From Pseudomonadota bacterium (GTDB taxonomy: Bacteria; Desulfobacterota; Binatia; Binatales; Binataceae): a stretch of DNA of 64,000 nucleotides. A program made the position numbers and the translations under genes. The number at the start of each line of letters is the position of its first letter. Within the stretch, counting starts at the first letter, position 1. The stretch covers positions 193,617-257,616 of the forward strand of contig JAJPHI010000018.1 in NCBI GenBank assembly GCA_021325355.1, given 5' to 3'. Of this stretch, positions 57,792-64,000 are shown piece by piece. A model generated the notes under the pieces. The model ran no database searches, had not been told where the DNA came from, and saw only the letters and a list, made by a program, of their open reading frames with translations.

Positions 57792-58403
57792 CTATTGCGG
57801 CGCCGGGTTGGGCGGCGCGGTCGGTACCGGCTGCTTGCTGCACGGCGAGCCGAGGCAATTGCCCTCGAAGCTGACGGCCCCCGGATTGGCCTCGAGCGAC
57901 TGCGGATTGACCGCGCCGGCAATCGCGATCTGGGGATTCAGCTTGCGCTTCACCAGGGCGGGCGGTGGCGGCGTGCTGTCGGCAGTCAGGAGCGGCGCCG
58001 TCGAGGGCGCGGGACTGTACAGCAGCGTCGGCGCCATCGCCTGACGCTCGAAGAGCCGCGCCGGACTGAAAGGGGCGCGGTCGCTGATACTGCCGACGGT
58101 GACCGGCGCGTTGTCGACGATGACGCCGTGCGCCAGCACGACCCCGCGCGGACCGCGCACCTCGTATACCCCCGGCGGCAGCTCGGCGCCGAAGCGTCCC
58201 TGCGCGTCGGTGCGGGCCACATAGAGGTCGCGGGTCATCTGATTCTCGAAGCGGAGCTCGTAATGGCCGAGCGGCGCGGTGTTTTCGTAGCCGGTGAGGA
58301 CGCCGCTCACGGTGGCGGCAATGGCTGGCCGGCCGCTGCAGAGCAGCGCCGCGACGACCAGGCTCAGGCAGTAGTTGATACGCTCTCGATCTCGCCTCGA
58401 CAT
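57792..58403 (-). CDS. secreted protein with carboxypeptidase-regulatory-like (Cna-B) domain
   Basis: Signal peptide; TVSGVL, RTDAQGRF..ELPPGVYEV; Pro-rich tail. Confidence 0.7.
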   Translation of the reverse strand: MSRRDRERINYCLSLVVAALLCSGRPAIAATVSGVLTGYENTAPLGHYELRFENQMTRDLYVARTDAQGRFGAELPPGVYEVRGPRGVVLAHGVIVDNAPVTVGSISDRAPFSPARLFERQAMAPTLLYSPAPSTAPLLTADSTPPPPALVKRKLNPQIAIAGAVNPQSLEANPGAVSFEGNCLGSPCSKQPVPTAPPNPAPQ

Positions 58404-58487
58404 GGGCTCTCCCCCGCGAACGCTGGCGCTCGCCAGGCTTTGGTCTATGATCTATTCTTAAGCCGCGCCCGGCGAAAGTGAAATCCG

Positions 58488-58838
58488 ATGGAACACGTGA
58501 CGCTCTACCATAATCCCGCCTGCAGCCATTCGCGCGCGGCGCTGGGGCTCCTGCAGGAGCGCGGGGTCGCGTTCGCGACGATCGAGTATCTCAAGACGCC
58601 GCCCGACCGCGCGGCGCTCGAACAGATCTGCGATCGGCTCGGCGAACCGCTGAGCGAGCTGGTGCGCAAGGACAAACGCTTCGCCGAGCTCCAACTGAAC
58701 GCCGCCGACTATGTCACGCGCGCGGCGGTCATCGACCTCCTGCTGGCGTATCCGGAGCTGATGCAGCGGCCGATCGTGATTCGCGGCGAGCGCGCGGTAA
58801 TCGCCCGCCCGGCGACCCTGCTCGAGCGCCTCTTTTAA
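58488..58838 (+). CDS. ArsC/Spx-family reductase
   Basis: YHNPACSHSR, EYLKTPP, LMQRPIV, IARP. Confidence 0.88.
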   Translation: MEHVTLYHNPACSHSRAALGLLQERGVAFATIEYLKTPPDRAALEQICDRLGEPLSELVRKDKRFAELQLNAADYVTRAAVIDLLLAYPELMQRPIVIRGERAVIARPATLLERLF

Positions 58839-58845
58839 GCCCATC

Positions 58846-59034
58846 TCAGGCGCGCTTGGCCACCCGTCCCGAGCGGATACAGCGGGTGCACACCAGGATC
58901 CGGGCGACGCCGCCGCCGCTCGCGGCGCGCACTTCCTGCAGATTCGGCTGCCAGCGGCGCTTGGTCTTGTTGTTGGCATGGCTCACGTTGTTGCCCACCG
59001 AGGGCCCTTTGCCACAGATTGCACAGTGTCGCAT
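58846..59034 (-). CDS. rpmB: 50S ribosomal protein L28
   Basis: [39 protein letters not shown]; SD AAGGA upstream. Confidence 0.96.
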   Translation of the reverse strand: MRHCAICGKGPSVGNNVSHANNKTKRRWQPNLQEVRAASGGGVARILVCTRCIRSGRVAKRA

Positions 59035-59120
59035 CGGAGACTTCCTTAAGCGGCGTGCGCCGCGAGCCGTATAAAATAATCCGCGCCCCGGCCGCGCGAA
59101 AGAGGGCGGCGCGGCCCCGG

Positions 59121-59177
59121 CGCCGCGCCTTCGCGCCGCCGCGCCTTCGCGCCGCCGCGCCTTCGCCACGCCGCGCC
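59121..59177. repeat. 16-bp tandem repeat, ~3.5 copies
   Basis: CGCCGCGCCTTCGCGC x2, CGCCGCGCCTTCGCCA, CGCCGCGCC in the rpmB/mutL divergent spacer. Confidence 0.9.
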
Positions 59178-59266
59178 GGCGATCAATCCACAAGCGCGGC
59201 CCGGCCGTAAGCGCTTGAGTCGCGGCGGCGCCGGACGCAAGGTGATAGAATTCAGCGTGGAGCGGC

Positions 59267-61083
<1,817 letters not shown>

Positions 61084-61087
<4 letters not shown>

Positions 61088-62046
61088 GCGCGGAGCCGAC
61101 GGCCGCCGCCCTGCCGCGGGTGGCTTTTATCGTCGGCCCCACCGGGGCCGGCAAAAGCGCGCTCGCCCTGGCCCTCGCCGAACGGCTCGGCGGCGAGATC
61201 GTCAACGGCGACTCGCGGCAGATTTACACCGGGATGGATCTCGGCACCGCCAAGCCGAGTCCGGCCGAGCGCGCCCGCGTGCCCCATCATCTGTTCGATC
61301 TCTACCCGCCGACTGCCACCCTCGATGTCGCCGCGTTCGTGCGGCGCGGGCGGCAGGTGCTGGCGGCGATTGCGGCCCGGCGGCGGCCGCCGATCGTGGT
61401 CGGCGGCAGTGGGCTCTATCTGCGCGCGCTGCGCGGCGGCCTCTGCGCCGGGCCGCCGGCCGCGCCGGCCTATCGTCGGATGCTCGAAGACGTTGCCGCC
61501 CGCGAGGGCCTCGACGCCCTCTATCGACGGCTGGCGCGCCGCGACCCGGTCAGTGCGGCGCGGCTGAGTCCGCACGATCGCGTGCGGATCGTGCGGGCGC
61601 TCGAAGTGGTTGAACTCGGTGGCGTGCCGCTCAGCCGGCGCCAGGCCGATCATCGCTTTCAGGATCGTCCCTTCACGAGTCTCGTGCTCGGGCTGAGTGT
61701 GCCGCGCGCGGCGCTCTATGAGCGGATCAATCGGCGGTTTGTGGCGATGGTCGAAGCGGGTCTGGTGAGCGAGGTCGCGGCGCTGCTGGCGCGCGGTCTC
61801 GCGTCCGACGCGCCGCCGTTCACCACGATCGGGTACCGCGAGATAGTCGCCTTCCTCGAGGGTCGCGCCACCCTCAATGAGGCGATCGCCCGCGCGCAGC
61901 AGGCGAGTCGCCGTCTCGCCAAGCGCCAACTGACCTGGTTTCGCGCCGATCCCGAGGTGGTCTGGCTTGAACCGGATCGCGCCTTCGAACATGCTTTAAC
62001 CCTGATGACGGAATTTTTTGCCCATGGCTCGTCGCGGGCCGCTTAA
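61084..62046 (+). CDS. miaA: tRNA dimethylallyltransferase
   Basis: [39 protein letters not shown]. Confidence 0.95.
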
Positions 62047-62884
62047 GGTGGCGGCGGCCGCGACCGAAGGGCTCGCGCCGATCGCGCGGGTGCGCCTCGC
62101 GCGCGATCCGAGTCGGCCGCAGACGCAGGACTATATCGACGGTCTGGTCAGCGACTTTATCGAACTGCACGGCGATCGCCGCTTCGCCGACGATCCGGCG
62201 ATCATCGGCGGGGTCGGACGCTGGGCCGGGCGCCCGGTGATGGTCGTCGGCCATCAGCGCGGCCGCTCGACTGCCGAGCGCCTGCGGCGGAATTTCGGCA
62301 AGCCTCATCCGGAAGGCTATCGCAAGGCGGCGCGGCTCTTTACCCTGGCCGATCGCTTTCGCCTGCCGCTCATCACCTTCGTCGATACCCAGGGAGCCGA
62401 GCCCGGGGTCGGCGCCGAGGAGCGCGGTCAGGCCGAAGCGATCGCCGCCAATCTCGAGCTTATGGCGCGCCTCGAAGTGCCGGTGATTGTCGCCGTGATC
62501 GGCGAGGGCGGCTCCGGCGGCGCGCTCGCGCTGGGCGTCGGTAATGTCGTCCTGATGCAGGAAAATGCCTGCTACTCGGTGATTACGCCCGAAGGATGTG
62601 CGGCGATTCTGTGGCGTGAGAGTGGTCCCGACAAGGTCGCCGAGGCCGCCGCCGCGCTGCGCCTCGCCGCCCCCGACCTTCTGCGCCTCGGCGTGATCGA
62701 TGAGATCGTTGCCGAGCCGCCCGGCGGTGCCCAGCGGGATCCCGCCGCGGCCATCGCCACGCTGGGCGCGGCCGTGACGCGTCATCTGAGCCGTCTCGAA
62801 CGGCTCGCCCCGGCGCGGCTCCGCCAGGCGCGCGAGCGCCGTTTTGCCGCGATCGGCGCGCCATTTCTGAGCTCCATCGCCTGA
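62024..62884 (+). CDS. accA: acetyl-CoA carboxylase carboxyltransferase alpha subunit (short N-terminus)
   Basis: [50 protein letters not shown]. Confidence 0.92.
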   Translation: MARRGPLKVAAAATEGLAPIARVRLARDPSRPQTQDYIDGLVSDFIELHGDRRFADDPAIIGGVGRWAGRPVMVVGHQRGRSTAERLRRNFGKPHPEGYRKAARLFTLADRFRLPLITFVDTQGAEPGVGAEERGQAEAIAANLELMARLEVPVIVAVIGEGGSGGALALGVGNVVLMQENACYSVITPEGCAAILWRESGPDKVAEAAAALRLAAPDLLRLGVIDEIVAEPPGGAQRDPAAAIATLGAAVTRHLSRLERLAPARLRQARERRFAAIGAPFLSSIA

Positions 62885-62940
62885 GTCGCGCGCCGGCGCA
62901 TTGAAAAGGCCGCGGCATTCGATTAGCAATTGGCCCCGCG

Positions 62941-64000
62941 ATGGCTCCGCGCCGCAAGCCCACCCCGGCCGCACCGACGCTCGACGAACTGCGCGCCCGT
63001 ATCGATGCGATCAACCTGAAACTGGTTGACCTGCTGGCCGAGCGCGCCCGCGTCGCCCAGGCGATCGGCCGCCTCAAGCATCAGGACGGCACGCCGATCT
63101 ATCAGCCGGGCCGCGAGCGTGAAGTGCTCGCCGCGGTGGTCGAGCATAATCCGGGACCGCTTACCGCCGACCATCTGCGGCGCATCTTCACCGAGATCAT
63201 CTCGGCCTGCACCGCCCTCGAGCAATCGATAAGGGTGGCCTACCTGGGGCCGGAGCATACCTACAGCCATGAGGCGGCCGAGCTGCGCTTCGGCCATAGC
63301 GCCGAGTTCCGCCCCGAAGCCTCGATCGCCGCGGTCTTCCAGGCGGTCGAGGCCGACCGCGCCGATTACGGCGTCGTCCCGGTTGAGAACTCGACCGAAG
63401 GATCGGTCGGGCTCACCCTGGACCTGCTGCTCGACACGGCGCTGGTTATCGTTGGCGAGATCCTGATGCCGATTCGGCATGCCCTGATGTCGCCGAGCGG
63501 GGAGCCGGCGCGGGTGCGGCGCATCCTGAGCCATCAGCAGTCGCTCGGGCAGTGTCGCAATTATCTCGCGGCGAACTATCCCGGCTGCGCGCTGGAGGCG
63601 GTCGCCTCGAACGCCCTGGCGGCGCAACTCGCCGCCCGCGATCCGGAAGCCGCGGCGATCGGGTCGGCGGCGGCCGCCGCGGCTTACGGGCTCAAGCTTA
63701 TCGCGCGCAATATCCAGGACGTGACCCACAACGTCACGCGCTTCCTCGTGCTCGGGCGCAACGCCGCGGCGCGCTCCGGCGCCGACAAGACCAGTATCCT
63801 CTTTGCGGTGCCGGAGCGCGCCGGCGCCCTGCACGGCGCGCTTGCGCTGTTTGCCCGCGCCCATATCAACCTGACCATGATCCAGTCGCGCCCGCAGCGC
63901 GAACGGCCCTGGGCCTATCTGTTCTTTGCCGACCTCGAAGGGCATCGGGCGGACCCGCAGGTGCGGCGCGCGCTAGCCGCCCTCGAACGACGCGCCCTTT
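62941..64000 (+). CDS. pheA: chorismate mutase/prephenate dehydratase (partial, runs off window end)
   Basis: Manual translation from ATG 62941: LDELRARIDAIN..LLAERA, YQPGRE, VAYLGPEHTYS, VPVENSTEGSV, NVTRFLV, DKTSILF, IQSRP. Confidence 0.93.
   Translation, partial: MAPRRKPTPAAPTLDELRARIDAINLKLVDLLAERARVAQAIGRLKHQDGTPIYQPGREREVLAAVVEHNPGPLTADHLRRIFTEIISACTALEQSIRVAYLGPEHTYSHEAAELRFGHSAEFRPEASIAAVFQAVEADRADYGVVPVENSTEGSVGLTLDLLLDTALVIVGEILMPIRHALMSPSGEPARVRRILSHQQSLGQCRNYLAANYPGCALEAVASNALAAQLAARDPEAAAIGSAAAAAAYGLKLIARNIQDVTHNVTRFLVLGRNAAARSGADKTSILFAVPERAGALHGALALFARAHINLTMIQSRPQRERPWAYLFFADLEGHRADPQVRRALAALERRAL

Overview
High-GC bacterial chromosomal window, gene-dense and mostly core or metabolic. 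Gene content (PBP1B with UB2H-like domain, MlaC, Mpl, YCF48+MMPL, LLM and CoA-transferase paralogs) suggests a diderm of the Deltaproteobacteria/Binatota type; this is inference only. It holds proB-proA-nadD-rsfS; trmJ-galU-cobB-hemQ; sat-cysC-TauE; a SAM-I riboswitch-controlled sulfur-carrier operon (MoeB-like, ThrC-like, MoaD/CysO-like, CysM, NIL, degenerate ThiF-like, HAD); a LigAB-type dioxygenase; YCF48+MMPL; an IrrE/ImmA-like peptidase + XRE pair divergent from an unknown GNAT/LuxI-like gene beside tRNA-Lys; YeeE/YedE+ArsR; htpX-DUF1844-PBP1B-TPR; a WtpABC-like Mo/W ABC transporter; and rpmB, mutL-miaA-accA-pheA (partial). No integrase, transposase, CRISPR array or rRNA was seen. The top lead is the two ThiF/MoeB paralogs of the SAM operon, which are complementary halves: one keeps the catalytic motifs but lacks the N-terminal RYxRQ arginine finger, the other keeps RYSRQ but has lost the catalytic motifs. 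This suggests a heterodimeric, SAE1/SAE2-like E1 for a sulfur carrier. Other leads: the IrrE-XRE/GNAT-like module, a secreted His/Trp/Asp two-repeat miniprotein, a 117-nt rod-like intergenic hairpin, and a 16-bp tandem repeat upstream of mutL. All calls come from manual motif recognition; no database searches were run.
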